64,000 nt of DNA, taken from contig JAQGDQ010000158.1 in assembly GCA_030141605.1 (NCBI GenBank), forward strand, positions 310,001 through 374,000. The letters run 5' to 3'. A model generated the notes under the pieces. That model made no database searches. It saw only the letters and a program-made list of their open reading frames with translations, and was not told where the DNA came from. This document shows positions 1 to 20,426 of the stretch, piece by piece. The position numbers were made by a program, and so were the translations under genes. The stretch's first letter is position 1; the number at the start of each line of letters is the position of its first letter. This DNA is from Tubiluchus corallicola (taxonomy: Eukaryota > Animalia > Priapulida).

Positions 1-288
1 CCCACAGATGCATTTTGCCGCTTTAAGTGACCTTTGATCTGAGGGCGACCGGTTGCACAAAAACATAAATCCTCCGTCTGGGTAGTGTGCCCCGTGAGTT
101 TTTTAAACCTGCCCAGTGCGTGTGCAAGTTATCAAAAATACGAAAAGGCACAAAGAAGTAAATAATAAAGAAAGAAAGAGAGAATCTTACCGGGGGTAAA
201 TCAAGAAGATTCTGATGTAAATAGAATCTTAATAATGTATTTTGTCCGACCACAGCTTGTCTTATCAATATTTTTGCCAACTATTTAG

Positions 289-8484
<8,196 letters not shown>

Positions 8485-9129
8485 TCTTTGACCACTTTGA
8501 CACCTGTGAAACAAATACGTCTGCACATTTTATTCCAAAGCTAGAAATTGGTCTGTCAATCCCACAATGTAACCATCAAAGTAAATATGAAACATTATGA
8601 CCCAAATGAAGAGCAAATAATTCATATCAAGGATATACATCCGTTTTCTAAAATGTACATAGATTTTCTACAAAATTTAAAATTTAGTAAAAAAATTACT
8701 GTACGCTATGATCAGTTAACAGCAGTTCCTGAGAAGCTATAATATATATTAGTAAAAGGTGTTAAGTTGTAAAATACGTCTCGTCTGCATTTGACTTGTC
8801 AATTATGCCATTAAAGTGTTTTAATGAAAAAGATTTTGTTAGATTTTGGGTCTCGTTCTGAACATGAAGTCACAATACACTGCTCGTAGAATGTCAATGA
8901 ACCAGCGGAGGTCCACCTCGCAATGACCAATGAGGAGCTTTTATTTAGCGCCTACTGTTCTTCGATTGTTGGGGCCTGGGATTGCGGGGAGCTTTACTCA
9001 CACGCCCAGCCACATTTGCACTTAAAGTCTGTACGAAATAGCAGCTAAAGTGTGTGTTCATGATCATTTTTGCTTTTTCTTGCCATAAAAAACCTTGTGC
9101 AGCTAAAATTCGTTAATAGTGGTGAAGAA

Positions 9130-9320
9130 TGGTGAAACGTTGTGCTTGGGGCACGTGTAATGTGGATGTTCGCTATCCAGAAAGATTAGGAGGAGTTCGA
9201 CTTTTCCCAACCCAAAAAAGACTTATACGAGTGTCACCATTGGGTCAGAGCATGCGGGAGGCCACATGTATAGGTCAAACCATTAAAAACTAAGAAGAAT
9301 CGTGCTGTCAGCTCAAAGAG
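9130..9320 (+). pseudogene. Frameshifted THAP zinc-finger fragment, probably from an ISL2EU/Harbinger-related transposon
   Basis: MVKRCAWGTCNVDVRYPERLGGVR, then after a frameshift FPNPK...C..WVRACGRPH. This is the C-x-x-x-x-C...FP...W...CGR pattern of transposon-associated THAP domains. Confidence 0.65.
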
Positions 9321-10127
9321 AAATTTTCTAATGTTTTATTATTATACTGTACTATTATTTACTGCTGGTGGGTACATGCAGAATGTGTCCTGCTAAATCA
9401 GGACTTACCGCACTGCAACTAGATATTCCAGATACTGTACAACAAAAAATATGATTTCGTTGGTTGAGAATGACTGTCTGAACGTACAGTAGTATAGTTA
9501 AATAATTCAGTTGGGCTAACTTACTTGATTTTTATTTAATTTATTCAGTTTTCGTGTTTAAGTTAGCATTAGGCACTAAAAAATTGTTCTTGGTGTAAGT
9601 AAAAGCGTTAAAAATTTTTACTTTACAACACAACATGTAAAGCAAAGTTAATACATCATTTCATATTTGTTATTTTAGTATTTTGTTGTAACTTTTATTA
9701 TAACTAGCGATTTTATTGTAACTGTGTTTGAAACTTCGCAATAAATCTTGATATACGTAGTGCACATATCCTTGCCTATAATAATTAAGTAATCTTTGTA
9801 AGAATTTACTAAGGAAGTTCTTATAGTTTGGTTGGTATCACAATAATGAAATTTCCGGAATCGCTGATAAATTACTTAAAATTCTTCATGTTTTTTACCC
9901 CTGGTTAGATACTGTAGCGACTTGTAGCGACTGAGTGTTTGTGAGAACGTGTGTTAAGTGATCCAGATGGGCGGGGCTAAACGCCGCTTTCGATCTATCG
10001 ATATTACATCTGTTAAGAGAGAGTGAATTACCCGAGTAATGGGGAAAAATAACAGCCAAATAAACAAACAAATAAATAAGCAAATATGTAATAGAATTAT
10101 CCTTATTTGGCAAATAAATGTAATTAC

Positions 10128-10545
10128 GTCAAAATGGAATTTATTGCCGACCAGTTTCGAAGAAAAGTGGTCACTATCAAGGCAGCTAAAACAAAGAAAT
10201 TTGCCAGAATTTAGAAACTACATCGAAATGCAATTCAGTAGTTAGTAGCCAAAAAATTTAACAATTCACCCTACTGACTACATACCTTGATTGGTATGAA
10301 ACTATGAACACTCCATAAACAAACAAACATTATGTTAGTAGTTACAAAGGTGTGAATTTTAGGGAGCTGTCATTTTGTTACTGAGATTCACAAACGTCAG
10401 TGCACTAATGGTGTTGTACAACTCGATTGCACTTCAATAGTAGAGAATGCACATATGTACTGATCGATTGCACTTCAATAGTAGTGAATGCACATACGTA
10501 CTGATCTTTGCCGTTTAACTGGTCCGCAGTGAATTCCATTTTGCC
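10128..10545. mobile_element. MITE with about 30-bp imperfect TIRs
   Basis: gtcaaaatggaatttattgccgaccagtt vs the reverse complement of the right end, ggcaaaatggaattcactgcggaccagtt. Right end is followed by AT. Contains an internal 41-bp tandem duplication at 10423-10505. Confidence 0.55.
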
Positions 10546-10721
10546 ATAAATATTTAATAATAAAATGAATTTTAACATAAAGTTTATAGTATTCTAGCCA
10601 ACCATTAAACTTTTGTTTTACCAAGTCCTTATTAATTCTTTCTGATCTGTTGCTAACAGAAATTTCCCAAGCGTTCCTTTCTGTTCTGGTAGAAATGTTT
10701 CTTGAGAAAACGGGTAACTAT

Positions 10722-13700
10722 TTAATACAGGCCCAAGATATGTTTAAGTTCGTCAAATATTATGTAAATAAGAGACGATATCTGATGTGCGCTATCAAGA
10801 ATAAAGTAAAAGAGAGAGTTCAGCTGTTCCTCTGTCAAAGCGCAAACTCTCTTTGTTGTTTCTTGTTCTTCAGGTGTGCAGGTAGAAGGCGATAACACGA
10901 GACCTCCCATAAGTACCATTTCTGGTTCACCCCAAGTGAAGAGATACGAAGCATCCGTATTTATGCAAGAGTCCAACAATCCTTCTAAAAAACAAAAACA
11001 TAATTACAAACGTCAGAGTTATGAAAAATCCTCAAGTTATGCTTAATAAGCTTTTCAGAGTTTCGTTGTGCGCACGCGCAGTTGTTGCAGGTCAAAGGTT
11101 GAGTGTACCACAGCAACGCGTCTTAAATACAATCGTAGCGTGAAATCTGTGTAAAGTATAGGCCTCTGCCACATCAGTTCAGTAACTTTAGTTGTTTTAC
11201 ATGAACTTTACTTATCTATGCAGTAGTCCATGCGTGATACAAGAGTCTTTAGATCACAATGAAATATTATTATCACTGTTATTGCAGCTGGGGTTTTGTC
11301 AGTTCATATAGCATCAATTTCACATCTTTAATTTAAATTTAATTTAACTGACATTAATTATTGAAATGATCAAACAGTGGTGGCAGTTTACTACTTATAA
11401 TATAGACAGAATAAAGAATAAGCTTAGTTGGAACCAGAGCCAAACTGTTTATAATATCCACCAACAAGTGTTTTACTTACTTACATCTTCAAACCTGGAT
11501 TAGAAACTTTTGTGTCTGGATAAAACGAATTTTCAGAAAAAAATGAATCGAAGCTTTTCTACTAAGTATTAATTTTATATAGCTAGTTTATAACGCAGCC
11601 TTTCAGCTTTGGAGTAGGTCCTATTGTATCGTTGATATGAAAGACATCTGCTGCGAGGAAATCAAACTTATTGTAAGCAGGATTAACAGTGTTGAAATTG
11701 TCCACTCCGTCCAGGGAGGGTCCATGAAGAAGCTTTTTCACAGTTCCAGTGATTGATGATGATCGTGAAAAGGTCAAAGGTTAAATGTACCATACAATTG
11801 TACTTGACAACACGTGACGGCCAATGCTGATGTAATAGTAACAGCTTTAACAGCTAGCTAGAAGTTTACCTCGTTCATTTTTTCTTGTTCTCAAGCAAGA
11901 TCCTGCTAGTAAATCACTCAATGCACGGACAAATGCATTATTAAGTGAAGTCCACGTAAAACAACAGAAGTTACTGAACCTGTGCGGCAGACGGCGTTGT
12001 TAAATCCACACGCCACGTGGCCGTTGTAGTTAAGACGCATTGCTGTGGTACACTTAACCTTTGACCAACAGCAACCGCGCGTGCGCATAGCGAAACTGCG
12101 AAAAGGCTTATTAAATTAATTTGCATGTGCACAAGGGAACTGGTTATTCAAAATCGTTTTACTCACAAATCCGAAACAACAGTACGATGTGCAATAACGG
12201 CCGCTGGGACATGATTACTTGCATAATACTTTGGAAGTCCCAATAGAATTTACTACTGATATCATCGTTCCGCGGCCAACACGCATTGTTCCTCTAAAAA
12301 TGTTAGTCATACTGTGGTTCTCACGCCATAAATCGCAGTTTAATAGATATTTTATTCATGATTTCCACAAAGAGGAGCTTTCACGTTTTAGTATTTGCAA
12401 ATTAACGTAAATTATTAATTATTTATTTTTCGCCCCCCGTTCCTCGCGGTGGGCCCGATTCGAAAAATAAACCCCCAATGAGACGACACTAGATCGAGAC
12501 CTTTCGTTTGATGTATATATCGCCGCAAATGGTGCCGTCGTCGAAGCTGTAGCCTCGAATCTTATATATAAATATATAAATATATATACCAAGAATATTA
12601 ATATAAGAGATAAATTTTCTACGTAAATCCCATGGGGTGTTCAGCGCACAAATAATAAGCTGGCAAAATGTTAATAAAAAAAACTAATGTGTGTTTTGCT
12701 ACACATACAAATGCATAGAATACAAAATTATTTTCTATAGAAACATGCGCACCTGGAATGGCACTTGATTCTGCTTTGTTTTTGCCAGAAATAGTTAAAT
12801 GAGACAACATACCTATGTCTTGCATGCTTAGCTTGCTATCGTCTATTATAATTCCGGTGACTAAGCCTGTAAAGCCGTATTCCAACGTCATCCTAACTGT
12901 ATTTGTGTCTGTCTGGTGTTGCCCAAATATTAAACTGCCACCAGGTTGTACTGCTCCCGGATTAGGAGACAAAAATCCTTCTAAACACGAGAAAAAGAAT
13001 ATACATGGCCCTGTTCGATATAAGATGCAGATTTATAATAGCATGTCAAAACTCGTCTCGGATTTTGCCAAACAAAAATCGTATACGACAACGTTCACTT
13101 CATCATACCCGTATTGTTAAAATCAATAAATTCTTAATAATATATAAAATTTAATATCCTGCATCAGCAAATGCTTATGAAAAACAAAGCAAGTCTACAT
13201 GTCACCTATCTAATTTTTCCCAGTTCAAGGATGTCACATATTTTATGCTGAGTCGCACATAGTGTACAAGTGCACTTGCCAAAGTTACAATGATTTGTAC
13301 GCCGTAAAGTTTCCGGGAACATTTACACACCTGTAGCTGACCACAAGGTGTTTCGCCTAGGACTAGTCCGGCCTAGGACGCGACTACTGCAGTTAGACCA
13401 CCGTATTCTGACATTTGATTTTTCTATTTTAATCCAAAACAGGACGATTATTCATATCCTAACCCACTTTGAAGTCGGTATAAAATGTATACATTTTAAC
13501 ACATACATTGTTGCCAAATTCAGTAATTTATTTCTGATAATTGAATAACAGTTGAAAAACTTAATTAACGGCGGGCGAGCCCAGCTAGTGATGACATCAC
13601 AAATGAGCATAATTTTCAACAGCAAAAATATTCCACAAGCATGTTGAAAGTGTTTGCGAAAGCGAAAATTGAAGTACAGTGTTACTACACAACATTCAGT

Positions 13701-16700
13701 GTAATATACAAAAACTCACCAAATTTTAAAAGTGAAAATTGAAATTTTAGAGTTACCGCTGTGCTCACGCATGAGCTCTCAAACGTGTGTATTACGTCAT
13801 AAACGAACACCTGTGAACTGAGAATTACATCACCTATTTATCATGCAATGCGTTTCGGAAATGAAGGTACTAGTGCCCTCTAACTAACGAATGGCGAAAT
13901 GCATGTAACAGCGAAGAACTAGCCGCGGGAACACGAAATTACTTTTGTGAGGTAACAATTCTTTTACGTAACATATTTTTGAAAAAAAATAGTATGTTTC
14001 CTTTCAATATATATGGTATAAGAGTAGATTGTTTCGACCTACAGTTTAAAATTGGGTCCGGTTTTCCTTTAAACATATGTTGTTGAGATCATGATTTATG
14101 ACTTAACGAGACCCTGCCAGGTCACATGACCAGAGTTGGCTGGTCACCTGTTGTCTGTGTTTCCCCTTTCCAGCCACCTAATGAACCGCTTTTCTTCGTT
14201 CTACTAAGCGCTTGTGCTGCTATTTGTACCGTGACTACGATTCCAGTCTAATAGATTTGCTTTACTTCATGTTACACTTAATGCAATCATTGCGTTGTCA
14301 TCGAAGTGCCGGGCCTCTAAAGTGAAAATGTTTTTTAAAAATTCTAAGGAAAATAGAATATTATTGGGACTAGAGTAAGATGAAGATTAAGATTAAGATT
14401 AAGGCTTTAACTAGGACTCCGAAAATAAATTTGTTGTTTTGATTACAGCTAAGGTAATAATAAAAACAAAAATCAACACAACAACTAGACACAGTTATAC
14501 GCAATTTAGATATAAGGCAGAGCTATGAAAACAAGTACACGCAACATAACTAGTAAGGTTACCAGACAAAATAGCTGAGTTTAAAACAGTGTCAACCTGA
14601 TTATTGTATATATATATTAATATATATATAATATGTAAACAGTGCTATGTAAGTAACAAAAGTGTTTTATAACCCGTGTGTCATAAATGAAAAATGACAA
14701 CATTTTTGGATATGGTACATTTTCCTATCAATTGCGTACACAATTTCTACTAGGATCCGTTGTTTAGGAGAAGCAATCGACTTTTGACACCCATAAGCAC
14801 CATCTTGATACCAAGGAAATGATGTAAATGGACAATAAAGACCTGCTAGAGCAACTGATTTTGAATGGTATTGCAAGTACTGATAATGAAGGAGTAATCC
14901 CAGTGACCCATTTTCAACAACAATGAAGCAGTGATCTTAACTAGTTCATAATAGTACAGTGACGTCATGACGAAAAAACGGCAACATTTTGGCGTCTTTG
15001 GGGACAGTTTTCTATCAGTCACTAATACAAATTTTTCACTTAGGCTCGATGGTTTAAGAGATATAACTGATTTCAGGCCCTAGCAGGCGCCATTTTGGAT
15101 TTATGCATAAATCTCAAAAGTGCCAAAGCCGATTTTGGCCGATTTTTGTTGAGGGTGCCTGACATAAAGATTCTAACAGAATCTGAAGAAAAAAGCCATT
15201 GCAACTATTGCAATATGTTTTAGCAAGCTAGGAGCAATCTTTACTCGCCTACTGTCTTTGACATTCATCAAGGCACCCCTATTGTGTGAACTTTCGGGAT
15301 TTACAGCAGGAGATCCTGTTATCTTTTCTGGTTGCTCAGTTAACGCACATATTTTGTTTTTGTCTCTGATAGTTAATGAATTGAAAACGCTAATCAAACA
15401 GAAGCAGTAGGAAAATAGGTTATCACGAAAATCACGAACAATCTCATCAGTCTTAGGTGCATTTAATACTAGGTTACTTGCTAAACATGAAGCCTCAACG
15501 TATTCAATTTTCTAGTAACGTCAGAAATCAAATCTAATAAAGTTGTATTACTAGCGTATTTAATATGTGTTGCTATGTTTTACCGTGAAAACTGTCATCT
15601 ACGGAAAGAGTAAAGGCGCCAGTGTTGCCATCATAGGCTGCGCATACGAGATGCCACTGGTTATTCCTGAGAAGTGCACCAAGAGTGTTAGATGGCCTAA
15701 AAGAAAAAAAACATGTTGTGTTATCTTGCAAGATATTCAACCTATATACATGGGAAACTGACGAAGGGGGTATAACTTAATACTTATTACGTCATATATT
15801 TATCCTTTCCTTAACAGCAATTTTTAACAAGTTGGAGGGCAAAATCTCTCACGTGACACTTACCTCTGAGCTGTTCCGCCTTAACAAACTTTTTGGAGTA
15901 CATGTTCTACAAGATCGGGAGCCATCTCTGATCTGGTAAAATTTAATCTTGTTGCGCGTATTGTTTTTTTTAATTGATACCCCTAAACTCATGGTTGCCT
16001 GTTAGTATTACTGACACAAGTAACTGGTACAAAGAACTAGCGCCTTTAAGGTGGTTGGATTGTTCTTGTGACCGAAGATGTTCTAAGTCTATTTGTTAAA
16101 ATTTTCGCGAGAAGACAAAAGCGTCCTGCAATCAGTGTTTTCCTGAGATACGTAGCTCCTTGATAAGAGGAGTTAATTAGGCAATAGCCAACTGGCAGTC
16201 GAAAGCTATTTTTAAAATAATTTTAAAATGTTACCTAAAATATTTAGTGCAAAGGCGTAATGGAACATTATAAACGCCACATTTTTCACCTAAATAATAA
16301 ATAACACCAAGAAAGCGGTTATAAAACTAAGACAACAAAGCAAAACAAATAGTAGTTTTTAATGGTTGGTGTATTTTTATTTCTGGTTGCCTTAAGCATG
16401 CAGCGTACATAAAGCATTAATCATGTAGTCAATAACATTTGGACACAACTTGACTGCATGTTTTTTCCGACGTTTTACAATTTCTGGGAACGTCCAAAGC
16501 ATTTTTTGTATTCAGAAGTGCCTCCATTTTGTGAGCCTCAGATTTTAGTGGTGAAAGCGATTTTACTGACTCTTATGCCTTAAAATGCTGTAACCTCTTG
16601 GAAGGTAAACAAGTTCAGCTCAGCGTTTTGAGAAAACGTGGTTCTGCCATTTTGATCGTACTCAAAACATCTTCTTGGAGAAACTTGGTTCTACCATTCT

Positions 16701-19700
16701 GATCGTACTCAAAACACCTTCTTGGAGAAACTTGGTTCTACCATTCTGATCGTACTCAAAACATATTCTTGGAGAAACTTGGTTCTGCCATTTTGATCGT
16801 ACTCAAAACATCTTCTTGGAGAAACTTGGTTCTACCATTCTGATCATACTCAAAACATCTTCTTGGAGAAACTTGGTTCTACCATTCTGATCGTACTCAA
16901 AACATATTCTTGGAGAAACTTGGTTCTACCATTCTGATCATACTCAAAACATCTTCTTGGAGAAACTTGGTTCTACCATTCTGATCATACTCAAAACATC
17001 TTCTTGGAGAAACTTGGTTCTACCATTCTGATCATACTCAAAACATCTTCTTGGAGAAACTTGGTTCTACCATTCTGATCGTACTCAAAACATATTCTTG
17101 GAGAAACTTGGTTCTACCATTCTGATCATACTCAAAACATCTTCTTGGAGAAACTTGGTTCTACCATTCTGATCGTACTCAAAACATCTTCTTGGAGAAA
17201 CTTGGTTCTACCATTCTGATCATACTCAAAGCATCTTCTTGGAGAAACTTGGTTCTACCATTCTGATCGTACTCAAAACATCTTCTTGGAGAAACTTGGT
17301 TCTACCATTCTGATCATACTCAAAACATCTTCTTGGAGAAACTTGGTTCTACCATTCTGATCATACTCAAAGCATCTTCTTGGAGAAACTTGGTTCTACC
17401 ATTCTGATCGTACTCAAAACATCTTCTTGGAGAAACTTGTTTCTACCATTCTGATCATACTCAAAACAGCTTCTTGGAGAAACTTGGTTCTTCCATTCTG
17501 ATCGTACTCAAAACATCTTCTTGGAGAAACTTGGTTCTACCATTCTGATCATACTCAAAGCATCTTCTTGGAGAAACTTGGTTCTACCATTCTGATCGTA
17601 CTCAAAACATCTTCTTGGAGAAACTTGTTTCTACCATTCTGATCATACTCAAAACAGCTTCTTGGAGAAACTTGGTTCTACCATTCTGATCGTACTCAAA
17701 ACATCTTCTTGGAGAAACTTGGTTCTACCATTCTGATCATACTCAAAGCATCTTCTTGGAGAAACTTGGTTCTATCATTCTGATCATACTGAAAACATCT
17801 TCTTGGAGAAACTTGGTTCTACCATTCTGATCATACTCAAAACATATTCTTGGAGAAACTTGGTTCTATCATTCTGATCATACTCAAAACATCTTCTTGG
17901 AGAAACTTGGTTCTACCATTCTGATCATACTCAAAACATCTTCTTGGAGAAACTTGGTTCTACCATTCTGATCGTACTCAAAACATCTTCTTGGAGAAAC
18001 TTGTTTGCTTTTTATGTTAATCAATTAAGCTGTCCTTATATACTTACGATCTTTCTCCTCTGACGATTAATTCCAGACGGTCGGTTTCTCTCACAATAAT
18101 AGTGTAATGATTAACATCGTCGTTTGATGAACCTGTAGCATACGAGAACGGTACATATTCGGGGTTAACAATAGTCCCCATGTTCATCCACTAAAAAGAG
18201 AAACAAATTATTTGGCACCAGTGAGTAAAATGCTACATGTTTAATAATTAATACATCGTGACGACATCAGTTTAGACAATGACGTCAATATCTAATTGCT
18301 GTACCTATTTTTGCAAAATGTAAAACAATGTAAATTTGCACTTGTACATTACGCCTAACAAGTATCGCCTGAAGTTGATGAAGCAACATGAGCTGCATTA
18401 CTTATATGGCATGCCTGTTTCCATCTAGTTGAACAAAGGTGTAGGTAAAGCCCTGTTCACACTACAGAGAAGGCATGAGACACTCACTCCCTTTTACACC
18501 TTGCGGACTTATTAGGCAATTACCCTATTAAAATACACGAATCTCCGCATGCTATTAAAAAATGCTTGCCAGGCTGTGCTGCCCCGACAAAGAATTTCTG
18601 TCAAATCGACTTGTACCGATTTGGAACTGATTGCCTACATATGTTGATGGTGAAACCCTCGTAACTGCACAAAGTTTTAAGTTATTTAAAAGACGTTTAT
18701 AAAAAGTTAATTTGCACAAAATCTTGTATACAATAAACACATGTAAGGCAGTTAATCTCTTCGTGTCTTTTCGTACCACTCGCTTTTAAATATTGTGTTT
18801 GTATGTTTTTTGCCAACGTGTTATATATATATATTGTTTTTATTATAGACCTATTTTACTATTTGGTGTGAATAAAACAAATGAAATAAATAAACAAGTA
18901 AAGGATATGAAGCTGTTACGTATTTGATTTACAATATTAATCTGGGTCTTTATTTTCTGAAAATACCTACACGGTGTGGTCATAGAAAGTCCAGTACCTG
19001 TAGTGGGCACTTTAACTATGTGACTGTTTGCACTATATCCGAGTACTACGAGTAGAGCATTTTTGCCTAGTGTAAACGGGGTTTAAGATACATTTGAGGG
19101 ATCAGCGATGTATAATTAACAGTAATCGTATCTTTTTTACGTTGGTATATTTGAATATTTGTAGGCAATATTTCACAGATAAAGAAATGGTATGAAAAAA
19201 TTTCCAATTAGCAGGAATGCCCAAAATTAGGACCAACAATTAATATAACGGCTACCATTTGTAAATGATGGGATTTGATATGAAATCATCCGTTAAGGCT
19301 GAAATATGTAATGACAGAAACTTCATTTGCCACCTGGTATCTGCCAGATAGCCAAAGCATACGACCAAATAGGAACATGGATAGAGATGAAACACCAAGA
19401 TCGAATGTAAATGATTCAATTGTCAATCGGGGACCGTAAATATAAAAATTACAGACAACGTGTGGCACCTTGAAGACCACATATGCCAATGGCATCCTGG
19501 TAAACATCCATATCTGAACATCATATATTATGTCAAAACATTTTATATGACTAGTATAGGGTTTCTCGCTCGATCGATGCCACACGGTCCTGGCTTAGTC
19601 TTTTAGTTGTGACAACTTGAAACATCCTAGCATCAGCATCCAAAATCTAAAATGAGAATAGCTCAGAAAAAAGCTGTGTGTTTTCATTTTTGTTGTGGAT

Positions 19701-20138
19701 TTAATTGTGCTGCTGCTGTTGGTGTTGGTGTTGGTAGTGGTGATGATACTACTACTGGTGGTGTTGGTAGTGGTGATGATGCTGCTGTTGGTGGTGTTGG
19801 TAGTGGTGATGATGCTGCTGTTGGTGGTGCTGGTAGTGGTGATGATGCTGCTGCTGGTGGTGTTGATAGTGGTGATGGTGCTACTACTGAGTGCTGTTGT
19901 TGGTATTTCACACTTTTGTAATGGCAATCGTCTTGGCTCTTGCTATTGCTGGGATTGTTAAGATTGTAGTAGTTACCTAGTTGTTAACTTACCATGCATG
20001 TAGTTATTTCAGTCAGCTCAGCAGTAATGACACCGTCCAAGCTTATATAGTCATTAAAATCAAACCTTGGAAACTCTACCATTGTTCCCTCTGTTACAGC
20101 TGGCGGGACATCGACATCAAAGCAAGTTGGACTCAAAT
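10722..20138 (-). CDS. Pentraxin-domain protein; exons 20138(or 20157)-19993, 18190-18048, 15696-15584, 12980-12813, 10984-10722; first exon(s) not located
   Basis: Spliced product: ...MVEFPRFDFNDYISLDGVITAELTEITTCM-WMNMGTIVNPEYVPFSYATGSSNDDVNHY...-NNQWHLVCAAYDGNTGAFTLSVDD-...PGGSLIFGQHQT...GFTGLVTGIIIDDSKLSMQDI-EGLLDSCINTDASYLFTWGEPEMVLMGG.... Pentraxin hallmarks (T.C.W, FSYAT, WH..C, GG.LI.GQ.Q, F.G) occur in order and all intron phases agree. Confidence 0.88.
11730..12109 (+). mobile_element. ISL2EU/Harbinger-type MITE (same family as 54979-55153 and the partial inverted copy 11048-11142)
   Basis: Ends aagctttttcac and gcgaaaaggctt|AT. Both terminal blocks align with the 54979 copy. Confidence 0.7.
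12140..12612 (+). mobile_element. Probable Helentron-associated (HINE/DINE-1-like) element
   Basis: Block ctagatcgagacctttcgtttgatgtatatatcg, then a TA-rich microsatellite and the terminus aagaatattaatatataagagat, which is a layout typical of HINEs. Boundaries approximate. Confidence 0.35.
13430..14072 (-). mobile_element. Non-autonomous DNA element (Kolobok-like), copy 2, inverted relative to 1319-1800
   Basis: Reverse-complement similarity to 1319-1800, with about 130 bp of extra internal sequence bounded by catgc microhomology. Confidence 0.55.
16628..18003. repeat. 47-bp minisatellite, about 29 copies, in a pentraxin intron
   Basis: Head-to-tail unit TTGGAGAAACTTGGTTCTACCATTCTGATCRTACTCAAAACATCTTC with no spacers. 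Confidence 0.97.
18540..18900 (+). mobile_element. CR1-type LINE 3' end
   Basis: SNRLVPIWN*LP...VTAQSFKLFKRRL matches the CR1 ORF2 C-terminal motif, followed by an AATAAA/(AAAT)n tail. Confidence 0.6.
19705..19905. repeat. Cryptic trinucleotide / 30-bp tandem repeat
   Basis: About 5 copies of GGTGGTGTTGGTAGTGGTGATGATGCTGCT-like units in the intron next to the pentraxin exon. Confidence 0.85.
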
Positions 20139-20183
20139 CTAAGATAAGAGAAAAGTCCTGTAAATGACTTGTAATGTTTATAA

Positions 20184-20426
20184 GATGATGATGATGATGA
20201 TGTAATGACGATGGCAACGATGATGACGAGGCTTCTGCTGCTGCTGATGATGATGACGATGATTATGAAGATGCTGGCTGTGGTGGTTGTGATGTTGTTG
20301 TTGTTGGTGGTGGTGGTGATGATTATTGTGGTGGTGGTGTTGATGATGGTGGTGATGGTAGTGGTGGTGGTGGTGTTGATGGTGTTGATGGTGGTGACAA
20401 TGACGACGACGACGATGAAGACGACA
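20184..20426. repeat. Mixed (GAT/GGT/GTT)n microsatellite
   Basis: Low-complexity trinucleotide run that produces the spurious poly-His ORF. Confidence 0.9.

Noticed and set aside
11583-11777. 64-aa minus-strand ORF as a pentraxin exon
   Set aside because: Starts inside a MITE, has no good acceptor and no domain similarity.
12160-12295. Apparent extra minus-strand pentraxin exon (AG...GTGAGT)
   Set aside because: The phase-compatible frame hits a stop, it lies in a probable HINE, and exon 12813 joins 10984 to give a complete domain.
16628-18003. CRISPR-like array
   Set aside because: Units are contiguous with no unique spacers, there are no cas genes, and the context is a eukaryotic intron.
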